Below, piece by piece: positions 47,525 through 59,447 of a DNA stretch of 64,000 nt (position 1 is the first letter of the stretch; each line of letters opens with the position of its first letter). The position numbers and the translations under genes were made by a program. The notes under the pieces were generated by a model that did no database searches, had not been told where the DNA came from, and saw only the letters and a program-made list of their open reading frames with translations. The DNA is from an uncultured bacterium (GTDB lineage Bacteria > Actinomycetota > Acidimicrobiia > Spongiisociales > ZC4RG35), in assembly GCA_963751005.1 (NCBI GenBank), contig CAVVSY010000012.1, forward strand, positions 27,557-91,556, given 5' to 3'.

Positions 47525-48576
47525 ACTTCCCCCTTGGCCAGTGTCAACGGGACCTGCTCATGGTTCCAGCAGGCGACATTGTGGCCGTTGGCGATTTCGG
47601 CCAACGGTGGCTCCTCGTCGACACATTGCTGGGTGGCGAATGGGCATCGGGGATGGAATCGGCAACCAGATGGTGGATCCAACAAGTTGGGAGGCTCGCC
47701 CTCCAGCGGTGCGAGCAAACGCCGCGGCCCTGTGATCGAGGGCGTCGAGGAGAGGATCAGCCAGGTGTAGGGATGACGGGGATGTGCGAACACATCTCTG
47801 GTCGGACCAAGTTCTACGAGCTTGCCGGCGTACATCACGCCGAGCAGATCCGTGATCTCGGCGATCACCGCGATGTCGTGGGAGATGTAGATGATCGACA
47901 TCCCCAACTCGTGCTGGATCTTCCTCAGCTCTTCCAGGATCTGCTCCTGGACGATGACGTCCAGTGCGGTCGTGGGCTCGTCGGCGATGATCAGCTTGGG
48001 GTCACACGCCAGGGCCATTGCGATCACGGCCCTCTGCTTCATACCACCCGAGAACTCGTGGGGGTATCTGTCGATCATCTCGGGATTGATGCCGACCATA
48101 TTGAACAGCTCTTCGATCTTGGCCCTTGCCTGGGCGGAGTTCGGCTTGGGGTCCCAGTGGATGTCCATGGTCTCCCTGATCTGCTCCCCGACCGTGTAGA
48201 CCGGGTTCCATGAGTTCATGGCGCCCTGGAAGACCATCGACACATCGTTCCAACGACGGGTTCTCATCTCCTCCTGGGAGAGCTCGAGGAGGTTCTCACC
48301 GTCGAGGATCACCTCACCGTTGAGGATTCGGGCGTTGGCGGCGGCGAGTTCGATGAGGGTCAGTGCGATCGATGTCTTTCCGCACCCGGACTCGCCGACC
48401 AATCCGAGCGACGGCCCCCTGGGCAGCGAGAAGGAGACGTCTTCCACAGCCGAGACCATCCCGCCTCGGGTCTCGTAGTTCATTATCAGGTTCTTGACCT
48501 CGAGGATGGGAGCCTCCCCGCGCCCGGCGGGGACCATCGGATTCTCCTCGGTGGTGTCCAGTCTCGTGTCGGTCAT
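47521..48576 (-). CDS. peptide ABC transporter ATP-binding protein (OppD/DppD-like)
   Basis: ATG 48576 inside ORF 47521..49017 (the upstream part of that ORF is permease read-through). GESGCGKTS, FSGGMKQRAVIAMAL, IIADEPTTALD, CRFHPRCPFA. Intact. Confidence 0.9.
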   Translation of the reverse strand: MTDTRLDTTEENPMVPAGRGEAPILEVKNLIMNYETRGGMVSAVEDVSFSLPRGPSLGLVGESGCGKTSIALTLIELAAANARILNGEVILDGENLLELSQEEMRTRRWNDVSMVFQGAMNSWNPVYTVGEQIRETMDIHWDPKPNSAQARAKIEELFNMVGINPEMIDRYPHEFSGGMKQRAVIAMALACDPKLIIADEPTTALDVIVQEQILEELRKIQHELGMSIIYISHDIAVIAEITDLLGVMYAGKLVELGPTRDVFAHPRHPYTWLILSSTPSITGPRRLLAPLEGEPPNLLDPPSGCRFHPRCPFATQQCVDEEPPLAEIANGHNVACWNHEQVPLTLAKGEV

Positions 48577-49612
48577 TGCGACCTCAGCCTCGGGTTGATG
48601 ACTTCGTCCATGGCCCTGCCCGCGAAGAAGAACCCTGCGGCGAGCAGGGACACGGCCAGACCGGCAGGGATCAGCAGCCACCAGTACTCCAGACCGCTGC
48701 GGAGGTAGCCCTGGGTCTGTGAAGTGAGCAGCATGATGCCCCAGGTCATGTCGGCCTCGATCAGACCGAAGAACGAGAGGGTCGCCTCGAGACTCACCGC
48801 CTCTGTGACGGTGAACATCATGTAGAGGAAGCTCAGGGGCAGCACGTTGGGGATGACATGGCTGGAGGATCAGATGCATGTTCGACCCGCCGGAGACCCG
48901 CGCCGCGTCGATGAACGGCCTCACCTTCACCGATAGCGCCTGCGACTTGAGCACGATCGCAGTGCCCCCGAATCCCGACAGGATGCCGATGATGACCCCG
49001 AGCAGCGGCATGGTCACGTAGAAGAGACCCGGAGACGACGATCAGGATGGGGATGAGGGGGAGGAGCAGGACCAGATCGGCGAGTCTCATCAGGAAGGTG
49101 TCCAGCCACCCTCCATAGAAGGCGGCGACGAGCCGACAGTCGTCGCCACCACCACCGTGACGACGGCAGCGAACACCCCCGAGGAGGAAGGCGGCGCGGG
49201 TGCTGTAGGTCAACTGGCTGGCGACGTCCCGGCCCAGCGGGTCGGTGCCCAGCCAGTGGTGTGGTGCTGGGTGGCGCCGGGACTTGCGGCACCTCACACG
49301 TGTCACCGGGCACTGACCCCGAAACAGAAGAGCTGGGCATTGACGGCGTCGATCTGGGTGCTCGGGGTCGACGATGTCGGCCTCGGTGGCGACGATCTCG
49401 AAGTCGGTGACCGCGGCGTCGTAGCCGATCACCGGGTCGTAGATGGAGTCGTCCTCCCAGGGCCCGATCGAGCGGAAGATGGGATGCACGATCGCCATCA
49501 GGGCGAAGACAGAGATGATCACCAGCCCGAACAGGCCGATATTGTTCCCGGCGAAGATCTTCCAGTTCTTCTTCTCAGCGCCGCCCCACGCAGACTCCAG
49601 CGGACCTTCCAC
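48573..49612 (-). pseudogene. peptide ABC transporter permease (OppC/DppC-like), about 3 frame breaks
   Basis: The N-terminus is in ORF 48833..49612 (NIGLFGLVIISVFALMAIV, HWLGTDPLGRDV). The middle (MPLLGVIIGILSGFGGTAIVLKSQALSVKVRPFIDAARVSGGS) is in the frame of 47521..49017. The C-terminus is in 48573..48845. The stop overlaps the OppD ATG (ATGA). Confidence 0.8.
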
Positions 49613-49631
49613 AGAGCCTCGGTGACCATCG

Positions 49632-50788
49632 CTACCTGCCCGGCGGCGATCCGGACCCGAGGGTCGAGGATGGTGTAGAGGATGTCGACGACGAGATGGG
49701 CGATAAGGGCGAGGACGCCGAGGAAGGCGAGGGTGCCTATCGCCAGCGGGATGTCCTCGATGATGATCGGGTCAAGAGCAGCGCCCCCATGCCGGGCCAT
49801 CCGAAGACCGTCTCGGTGATGACACCTCCACCGATGATGAAGGCGAGACCGAGGATGAACGATGTGACCACCGGGAGCAGGGCGTTGCGGGCGGCATGCC
49901 GGTCCCTTATGTCCTTCTCGGGGACGCCCTTGGCGCTGGCGGTCAGGATGTAGTCCTCTTTGAGGGTCTCCAGCATCGAGCTGCGTGTGAGCAGCATGGT
50001 CCCGGCGAAAGCGACCAGTGTGAGGGTGACCACAGGCAGCACCGTGTGATGGACGATGTCGAGCGCAAAAGGCCACATGTCGGCCCGGATACCCAGAACG
50101 CGACGAGGGCAAGACGGCCGGCATATAAGAAGCCCCGTCTACTGACTCGCGCCGTCGACCGCTCGGTCATCTCGCCGCGGAGATCAGGTCCGAACCAGGA
50201 CTGTTGCGGAGATCGCCAAGGAGAGGAGGAGCTGAGCGAACACCTGGTTGCCCGTGTACGGGGCCCCCGCCAGGACTCGACGGTGATGAAGCCGTTGATC
50301 GGGAACCAACCCAGATGGAGGCGAACAGGAGGATCATCAGGATGGCGAACCACGGGTAGAAGATGGTGTAGAGGAGACCCCGCTGACCGTGAGCCGTGCT
50401 CTCCGAGACCGCCACGTCTCCAGGCGAGACGCTTGCCCAGGCGAACCCGAGGAGATAGGAGAAGAGCGTGGCAAAGGTGAAGAGGAACAGGGTGCGGGGG
50501 ATGCGCTCTCCGATCACCTCGATGACCGGTTTGGGGAACTGGGCGAAGCTGACCCCCAGGTTTCCCGTGAGGAAGTTGGTGACGTAGGACCACCACTGGT
50601 CCCAGATGCTGCCATCGAGCCCGAGCCGGGTGAGGATCTGCTGTTGCGGACCTCGGCGGGGATCTGTGGGTTTATGAACTGCAGGTGATGTCCCCGGGCT
50701 GGGCCTGGAGCAGGAAGAAGACGATGGAGAGGAACAGGAAGAACAACAACGCCATCTGGGCGAGACGCTTGGCGACGAACTTCAGCAA
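49632..50788 (-). pseudogene. peptide ABC transporter permease (OppB/DppB-like), about 4 frame breaks; 3' end uncertain
   Basis: TTG 50788 lies behind AGGAG (MLKFVAKRLAQMALLFFLFLSIVFFLLQAQPGD). Fragments are in 50167..50517, 49737..50078 (TASAKGVPEKDIRDRHAARNALLPVVT) and 49519..50124 (ILYTILDPRVR). Confidence 0.8.
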
Positions 50789-50872
50789 GACACGGCTCCT
50801 CGGTCCGCTGGGGAGGAGAGCGCGGCGACCGCCCCCTCCTCCCCGACACTCACAGGCGTCCCTGGTCATCGG

Positions 50873-53025
50873 CTATTCGGTGACCTCGACGCCGCGTTCG
50901 GCCAGGCATTGGGAAAGCCCTGCTGGCCACCCATGATCGTCTGGACCGGGAACGTGACGCCCGATCCGAAGGCCTCGATGATCGGGGTGCGGAACAGCAC
51001 CACGTAAGGGAGGTCCCTGGCGAGGATCGCGTCCATCTCCTTGGTCAGCTCGGCGGCCTCCTCGATCGTGGCAGCCGCATCGAATGCGTTGGCCACCCCA
51101 TCGAACTCGGGGCTGTTGTATCCGGGGACGTTGAATCCGCCACCGGTGACCGAGTCCTGGTCGGAGTGGAAGAACGCCCGCGTCGACGTGCCGGGCAGTG
51201 ACGGATCACCCCCGCCCCATCCGAGCACGAACATGTCCCACTGCAGGGCAGACTCAGGAGTCTGGGGCGGGAAGGTCGCATCGATGATGGCGTTGAAGTC
51301 CGTGGGCTCCGCGGTGACCGGTATGCCGATCTCCTGCATCCACGACTCGATGTAGATGGAGAAGGTGGCGCGGAACGGGTCGTAACCGGGGCCCGGGGTC
51401 AGGATCGTCAGCTCGGGAACCGGCTCGCCACTGGGCATGGTCAGACCCTCTCCCTTCGGTTCGACCTCGAGGAAGATGCCATCGGCGTCACGAACCACCA
51501 CCGGCTCGGTCGTCCACGTGTAGCCGGCGTCCTTGAGGATCTGCACGGCGGTCTCGAAACGAGCACCCTCGTCCATCGGCTCACCGTTGGCCCAACCGGC
51601 CTTCTCGACGTCTGCGTTGTAGTGCAGCGTCAGGTCGGGGTGCACGATGGTGTAACCGGGGAAGACGGCTCCGGCGAGCACGGTGTCGGCGATCAACTCC
51701 TTGTTGATCACGGTCGCCGTGGCCTGCCGGAACGCCAGGTCGGACATCGGGGCCTTCCTCATGTTGAAGGCCATGAAGCGGAACCCCTCGGTCTGGTTCA
51801 CGGAGAACTGCAGCTCGGGGTCGGTCGCCAGCTCGGTGCGCAAACCACTGGTGAGACCTGTCGGGTCGAACACATAGTCGAGCTCGCCGCCGGCGAGCTT
51901 CTCGTAGGCGGCGTCCTTGGTCCCATGCTCGACCCAGAGGATCTCGGAGACGAATGGGCCCTTCGAGATAGGAGGCGACGACCTCGCCGGAGCCTTCGCC
52001 ACCGTAGACGGTGTCCTGTCCCCGCTCGGCGTTGGCGATGCGGAACGATCCGTCCGAGTAGAGCGTGTTCTCGGTGCCCTTGTCGAAGTAGGAGGGGTTG
52101 GCCACCGTGGCGGCGAATGCCCCCTTCTCCCATTGGTCGACGATCACCGAGCCGCTCGAAGGCTCGTCGACACCGGAGACCGAATAGAGGACGGCCAGCG
52201 CCTCCTGCGAGCCGGCATTGGCGATGTAGGCGTCGATGTCCGCCTGGGTGACATCGGCCTCGGTGCGGTCGTTGTCCGGGTCGTCGTCGCCGTTGGCCGT
52301 CTCCACGATCGCAGCGATGGCGTCCTCGGGGGTGATCCCCTGGGTCGCCGCCGCGGCCGCGTCACGGGCTGCCTCGACATGCTCCTCCCAGTAGTGGGAG
52401 GGGACGAAGTTGGCCAGGCCGACGCCGTTGTTCCAGACGGAGAGACCCGGCCGCTCGGAGAACTCGACCCTGACGGTGTGGTCGTCGGGCGCAGTCACGC
52501 TCAGGACCGTCGGACCGAAGTTCGAGGCGTGATTCGAGCCGAGGTTGAACTCACGGACGGTGTCGAAGTAGAACGCCAGATCGTTGGCGACCACCGGCTC
52601 GCCGTCCGACCAGGTCATGTCGTCTCGGATCGGCTGCTCGACGACCCAGATGTCGCCTTCCTGGACCGGCTCGACCGGGGTGTCCGTGGCCGCGGCGCCG
52701 GGCACCGGGACGAAGCCCGGCAGCGACAGGGTGTACAGGGCGGTCTTGCCATTGGTCAGGTAGGCCTGGTTCTGCGCCCCGCTCTCCGTGTCGAGCGATG
52801 CCCACCAGTTGTCGGTGGTGAGATTGGCGATCATCCCGATCCGGAACGAGCTGCCGTCCACGCAGCCATCCCTCCGCGCCCGTGGTACTGGTCGGCTTCA
52901 TCTCCGCTATCCCACCGGTGGTCGTGGTCTCCTCGGCTGAGTCACCGGTGCAGGCCGCCGCGATCATGGCGAAGACGGCGAGGAGTGCGAGCAAACGCAG
53001 CCCAAAGGGCGCAGCTTGCTTTCAC
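50873..53025 (-). pseudogene. ABC transporter substrate-binding lipoprotein, family 5, unusually long (about 715 codons), at least 3 frame breaks
   Basis: GTG 53025 lies behind GGAG. The lipobox (LLAVFAMIAAAC) is in ORF 52551..52994. The body is in 51581..52861 and 50866..52002. The likely true stop TAG at 50873 is in a third frame. Confidence 0.8.
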
Positions 53026-53128
53026 TTGTTTTCTCCGTGCTTGGGGGTGACGGCCCCGGTCGGGGGCACCGGAATTCACCATAGGTCTCCGCACCGTCGT
53101 ATGCCCACCGCCGATTCCTGGCCGTACC

Positions 53129-54245
53129 TCATCTCGCTGGATCGGGCCGGCTCTCGGATTCGGGGTCATCGGCCGCGGCGACGACGGTCACGTCATGGGG
53201 TCGGCGCGTCTCGGAGATGATCGCCTGGATCACCCCCGCCATCGGCAGGGCGAGGACCACCCCGATGCCGCCGAGCAGGGTCCCGCCGATGATGATCGCG
53301 GCGACCGAGACCGCCGGGTGGATCTCCATCGTGCGTTTGGTGATCCGTGGTGCGATGAGATAGTTCTCGAGCTGCTGGTAGGCCAGGAAATAGATCGACC
53401 ACCCACAAGCGCCGTCGTCCAGTCGTTGAAGGTGAGGGCGACCAAGGCAGGGAGGATCGCCGCGATGTATGTCCCCACCACCGGCACGAACTGGCTGAGA
53501 ACTCCAACGAAGATGCCGAGGGAGAGGGCGAACGGTACGTTCAGCAAACTGAGGAAGATCGTGGTCAAGGTCGCCGAGAGCACGGCGAGGATGAGCCTCG
53601 AGTAGATGTAGCCGCCCATCTTCTCCACGGCGACGTCCCACACATGGATGGCATGACGCTGCTGCTCCGCCGGCATGAACGACAGAACCGTCCGCTGCAG
53701 CTGTGGCAACTCGGCGATCATGTAGAAGGAGAAGAGGGCGACGGTGGTGGCGAAGAAGAGGGACCCGAACAGCGAGGCGGTCAGCCCGACTATCCCACCG
53801 GCGACGACACCGGTCAGGTTCTGGATCGAGCCCAGGAGCTGCTCGCCTGCCTGAGCAGGGTCGACCGTCGTCAGAGTCGAACCCGAGGGTGTCCTGGAGA
53901 AAGCACGAGGGTCGACTCGATGAGCCCGGGGACGGCCTCGATCAGCTGCTGGAACTGGTCGATGAACAGGGGGACCAGAGCCCAGAAGAAGCCGATGGTG
54001 ACCAGGAGCGCCACGAGGAAGACCAACCCCGTCGCGGTGCCCCGTTTCCATCCTCGCTTCGCCAGGTAGTGCACCGGCGGTTCGAAGGCGACGGTGACGA
54101 ACACCGACACGAAGAGCATCAGGATGATCGAGTTGAGCCGGAAGACGAGCCAGATCACGGCAGCCACGCCGATCAGCACCAACGCGACGGTGAGTGTTCG
54201 GCGGACGAAGATCCTCTGATCCGCGGCCGTCCCTCGCTGGCTCAT
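53129..54245 (-). pseudogene. AI-2E family (PerM/YhhT, UPF0118) transporter, 2-3 frame breaks
   Basis: The N-terminus is in ORF 53871..54401 (ATG 54245). The middle is in 53230..54051. The C-terminus is in 53129..53641 (YFLAYQQLENYLIAPRITKRTMEIHPAVSVAAIIIGGTLLGGIGVVLALP). Confidence 0.75.
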
Positions 54246-54320
54246 GGGTGTCGAGGGTAGAGCCGGGCGGGCCGACTCCCTGACATCTCCGATACCCTCG
54301 ACTACCCGACCGGGAGGACG

Positions 54321-56257
54321 ATGGACAGCTTCGAGATCGCCTGGGCGCCGGAACCCGGGTCGGCCGCCGCCACCAGGACCGGTCAGTTCATGGCGGCCCA
54401 CGGGATCCCCGACTACGACGACTTTGGTGCGTCGATCGACCGCAGAACCCGATTGGTTCTGGGGGGCGGTCGTCGACTACCTGGGTCTTCCCTTCGATCC
54501 GCTGTGGACGGTCGTGCGGGACACCTCGCGCGGCCACCCTTGGGCGACTTGGTTCGTGGGTGCCGGGTTCAACCTGTCGGTGGCATGTGTCGACCGCTGG
54601 GCGGCCGAGGACCCGCAACGGGTCGCCATCAGGTGGCAACGAGAGTCCGGTGCCGGAGGGGAGACCACTTTCGGCGAGCTGCTCGATGAGGTGGGGCGTC
54701 TCGCCGGGGCGATGAGTCTCGCTGGGCGTGGGACGAGGGGAAGCGGTGGCGGTCTATCTCCCCATGTCGCCCGAGGCGGTGATCTCCCTTCTCGCCGTGG
54801 CGAGGATCGGCGCCATCTTCGTCCCGGTGTTCTCCGGCTACGCCGCCGAGGCCGTGTCCACCCGGCTGCAGGACCCCAAGCCCCGCCTGATGATCACCGG
54901 CAACGGGTTCGAGCGGAGGGGGCGCAGGTTGTCGATGAAGACGACCGCCGATGAGGCGGCGGCCATCGCCGGTGGCATCGAGCGGATCCTGGTGGTCGAC
55001 TACGTCGACGACGGCGACACGCCGATGACCCCTGGCCGGGATCTCTGGTGGCACGAGATCGTCCCCGGCTCCGAGCCGGCGCCGGCCGCGTCGACCTGGG
55101 CCGAGGACCCCGTGCTCATCGCATACACCTCGGGCACCACCGGTCGTCCCAAGGGTGCGGTGCACGTCCAGGCCGGTCTCACCGTCAAAGTCGCCCAGGA
55201 GGGGGCATTCCAGCTCGATGTCGGCCGCGACGACGTGCTGATGTGGGTCACCGACATGGGGTGGATCATGGGGCCTTGGATGGTCCTCGCCGGTCTCGCC
55301 AACGGGGCTGCCATCGCCACGTACGACGGCGCGCCCGACCACCCTGGCCCAGATCGTCTCTGGAAGGTGGTCGCCGACCTCGGGATAACGATCCTCGGTG
55401 TGTCCCCCACCCTGATCAGGGCGCTGCAGCCACATGGTGCCGACCAAGCACGTCGGCACGATCTCGGCGCATTGCGTCTCTTCGGATCGACCGGTGAGCC
55501 CTGGAACCCGGACCCGTGGTGGTGGCTGTTCCGTGACGTGGGCGAGGGAACGCGGCCGATCATCAACCTCTCGGGCGGCACCGAGATCGGGGCGTGTCTC
55601 CTCTCGGCCAACATGGCGCAAGGGATCAAGCCGACGTCCCTGGGCGGACCGGCGTTGGGTGTCGACGCCGACGTCTACGACGACTCGGGAAGACCCGTGC
55701 GCGGCGAGGTCGGGGAACTGGTCGTGCGCGGCTCCTGGCCCGGGATGACCAGGGGCTTCTGGGGCGAGCCCGAGCGTTACATCGCCACCTACTGGTCACG
55801 TTTCGACGACACCTGGGTGCACGGCGACTGGGCCTCGATCGACGCCGATGGGTTCTGGTACCTCCATGGGCGCTCCGATGACACCCTCAACGTCGCCGGC
55901 AAGCGCATCGGCCCTGCCGAGATCGAATCGGTGGCGGTTTCCCTCGACGAAGTGGTGATGGCCGCCGCCATCGGGGTTCCCGACGACGTCAAGGGGGAGG
56001 TGATCGCCTTGTTCCTGGTGCCGGCGCCAGGGGTCACGCCCGACGACCGTCTCACCGGTCGGGTGCGGCAGGCCTGTGTGGGCTCCCTCGGCAAGGCGTT
56101 CAGCCCCCGGGACATCCATTGGGTCGAGGATCTGCCCCGGACCAGGTCGCAGAAGATCATGCGCCGGGTCGTCAAAGCCGTCACCCTGGGAGAGGATCCC
56201 GGGGACCTGACGTCTCTGGAGAACCCCACGTCGTTGCAGGGCCTGAGCCGGCTCTAG
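54321..56257 (+). pseudogene. AMP-forming acyl-CoA synthetase (acetyl-/acetoacetyl-CoA synthetase family), 2 frame breaks near 54425 and 54725
   Basis: The N-terminus is in ORF 54321..54689, then 54244..54954 (STAEPDWFWGAVVDYLGLPF). The body is in 54728..56257 ([43 protein letters not shown]). Confidence 0.85.
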
Positions 56258-56271
56258 GCGGCCTACGGCTC

Positions 56272-56859
56272 CTAGACGGGGGGCGCCGGGTCGTACTGAA
56301 TCGCCCGCTTGACCTCTCGAGCCCGCTCCTCGGAGTGGAGACGTCTCACCAGGTGCAGCGCCATGTCGATCCCGGCGGAGACGCCGGCGGCGGTCACGAT
56401 CTCTCCGCTGTCGACCCAGCGATCGTCGGGGCGTGGCTCGATGGTCCCGTCCAGCTCGACGAGGTAGTCGAGCATGCTCCAATAGGTGGTCGCCGGCCGG
56501 TCGCGGAGGATCCCGGCTGCGGCGTACACCAAGGAGCCAGTGCACACCGACGTCATCAGGACGCCGCCGGCTGTGGAGACCCCTGACCATCTCCAACGTC
56601 GGCTCGTCCTTCACCAACGATCTGGTCCCCCTCCCGCCCGGGAGGAGCACCACGTCGACCTCACCCATGTCGCCGACTGCGACATCGGTGACGATCTGCA
56701 TCCCCTTGGCACAGGTGACTGTCGTGCCGTCCAGTGTGGCGGTGAAGACCTCCACGTCGTCCTCGGGCCACTCCAGCTGCCACATGCGGAGCACCTCCCA
56801 TGGGCCGACGAGGTCGAGCTCCTCCATGCCGTCGAAGCAGACGAGTGCGATGCGTGTCG

Positions 56860-56863
<4 letters not shown>
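56272..56863 (-). pseudogene. DJ-1/PfpI family protein, one frame break near 56570
   Basis: The N-terminus ([25 protein letters not shown]...VVLLPGGRG) is in the frame of ORF 55796..57205. The C-terminus, with the nucleophile elbow ([13 protein letters not shown]), is in ORF 56272..56556. Confidence 0.75.
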
Positions 56864-57632
<769 letters not shown>

Positions 57633-57671
57633 CGAAGTCCTCCTGATGTCCCAGCTCGACGGTACACGGCC

Positions 57672-58432
57672 GTGATCGGCCTCTTCGACTCCGGGATCGG
57701 GGGTCTCTCGGTCCTGCGGGAGGTGCGGTCGGTGCTGCCCGAGGCCGATCTCCTCTACGTCGCCGATCGGGGCCGGGCCCCCTACGGGCCCAAGACGCTG
57801 GACGCAGGTCCGCGCCATCTCCCACGACGTTCGCGACGTGGTTGGTCGACCACGGCGCCGACTGTCTCGTCGTGGCCTGCAACACCGCATCGGCTGCCGC
57901 GCTCGAGTCGCTGCGCGAGCAGTTCCCGGACCTCCCGATCGTTGGGATGGAGCCGGCTGTGAAGCCGGCGGCGGCGGGGACGTCCACAGGCACGGTGGCG
58001 GTCTTCGCCACCGCCGCCACCTTCCAGGGTGAGTTGTTCAACTCGGTGGTGCGACGGTTCGCCGACGGAGTGGTGGTGCTCACCAGGGCGTGCCCGGAAT
58101 GGGTGGAGCTGGTCGAGCGTGGTGTCGTCACCGGTCCCGTGGCGGAGGAAACGGTGCGCTCTGCGCTGGAGCCGGCCATCGCCGCCGGTGCCGACCGAAT
58201 CGTGCTGGCATGCACACACTTCTCCTTCCTGAGACGTACGATCGAGACGGTGAGCTCATTGGAGGTGATCGATCCGGCCCCGGCCGTCGCGGCCCAGGTG
58301 GCCCGGGTAGCCCCCACCGGCAGCGGCAGTGCCAGGACGACCCTCGCCGCATCGGGCGACCTCGACGAGTTCGAGCGTCTCGCCCGGTCGATCGCCGCAA
58401 TCGACGCCCCTGTCATACCCTTTCCCGCATGA
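57672..58432 (+). pseudogene. murI: glutamate racemase, 2 frame breaks near 57800-57845
   Basis: VIGLFDSGIGGLSVLREV is in ORF 57195..57962. The remainder is in 57842..58432 (CLVVACNTASAAAL, IVLACTHFSFL). The start is GTG 57672, or ATG 57646 with a further frame change. Confidence 0.85.
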
Positions 58433-59447
58433 ATCCGATCTGGGTCGACGACGAGGGCATCCTCACCGGCGAAGGGGCGATCGTGACGATCGACCCCGGC
58501 ACCGGACGTGATCGCTATCGGCGCGGCCCTCGCCGCCCTGCGTGAGTCGGGACGGTCACACGCCTTCGCCTCGTTCACCTTCGACTCCGCCGACGCGGGA
58601 TCGGTCCTGGTCATCCCGGAACGGGTCGTGCTCACGACTTCACTCCCGGTTCCAGGCTCTGCGCCCGGTGTCGTGGTCGTCGACGACGGCGTCGGCGAGT
58701 GGCGTACCGGCTTCGAGAAGTCGATGCTCGAGATCGAGACCGGCCGGGTCGAGAAGGTCGTGCTCGCCCGTCAGGTGCGAGCGATCGTGCCCGCCGGGGT
58801 GGAGGGCTCCTCGGTGGTGGCCCGTCTCGCCGCCGACAACCCCGGTTGCTACCTGTTCTCGGTCGACGGGCTGGTCGGGGCCAGCCCGGAGCTCCTGGTC
58901 AGTCTGCGTCGGGGGCGAATCCAGACCCTGGCACTCGCCGGCACCGCCACCGACCCGGAGAATCTCGACACGGTGAAGATCTCCGAGGAGCACCGTCACG
59001 TCTCCAACTCGGTGATGAAGGGACTCAGCAACCACATGGTCGAAGTCGACCTCACCGAGCAGGTGATCGTCCCGCATGGGGCGATGTCCCATGTCGGCAC
59101 GAGAGTGGAAGGGCCGGCGCACCCGGGGACGACCGTCGCCGACATACTGGCCGATCTCCACCCGACCGCGGCCGTAGCCGGCTCACCCACCGAGGTCGCG
59201 CTCGACCTGATCCGGGAGATCGAGCCGGCATCGCGGCGGGCGCTACGCCGGCCCGGTCGGATGGATCGACTCCAGCGGCGACGGTGTGTTCGCCATCGCC
59301 CTTCGCTGCGGGCAGTTCCGGGGCGAGGGGCTGACCCTCTATGCCGGAGGGGGCCTGGTGGCCGGGTCCGAGGAGGCGGCCGAGCTCGAGGAGACCGAGC
59401 TCAAGCTGGCCCCCATGTTCAGCGCACTGGGTCAGCCTCCGAGCTGA
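58429..59447 (+). pseudogene. menF: isochorismate synthase, about 3 frame breaks
   Basis: ATG 58429 overlaps the murI stop (ATGA). The body is in ORF 58508..60835 (VVLARQV..., LVGASPELLVS, LAGTA, DLHPTAAVAGSP). The C-terminus (YAGPVGWIDSSGDGVFAIALRCG...YAGGGLVAGS) is in other frames. The TGA is at 59445-59447. Confidence 0.8.
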
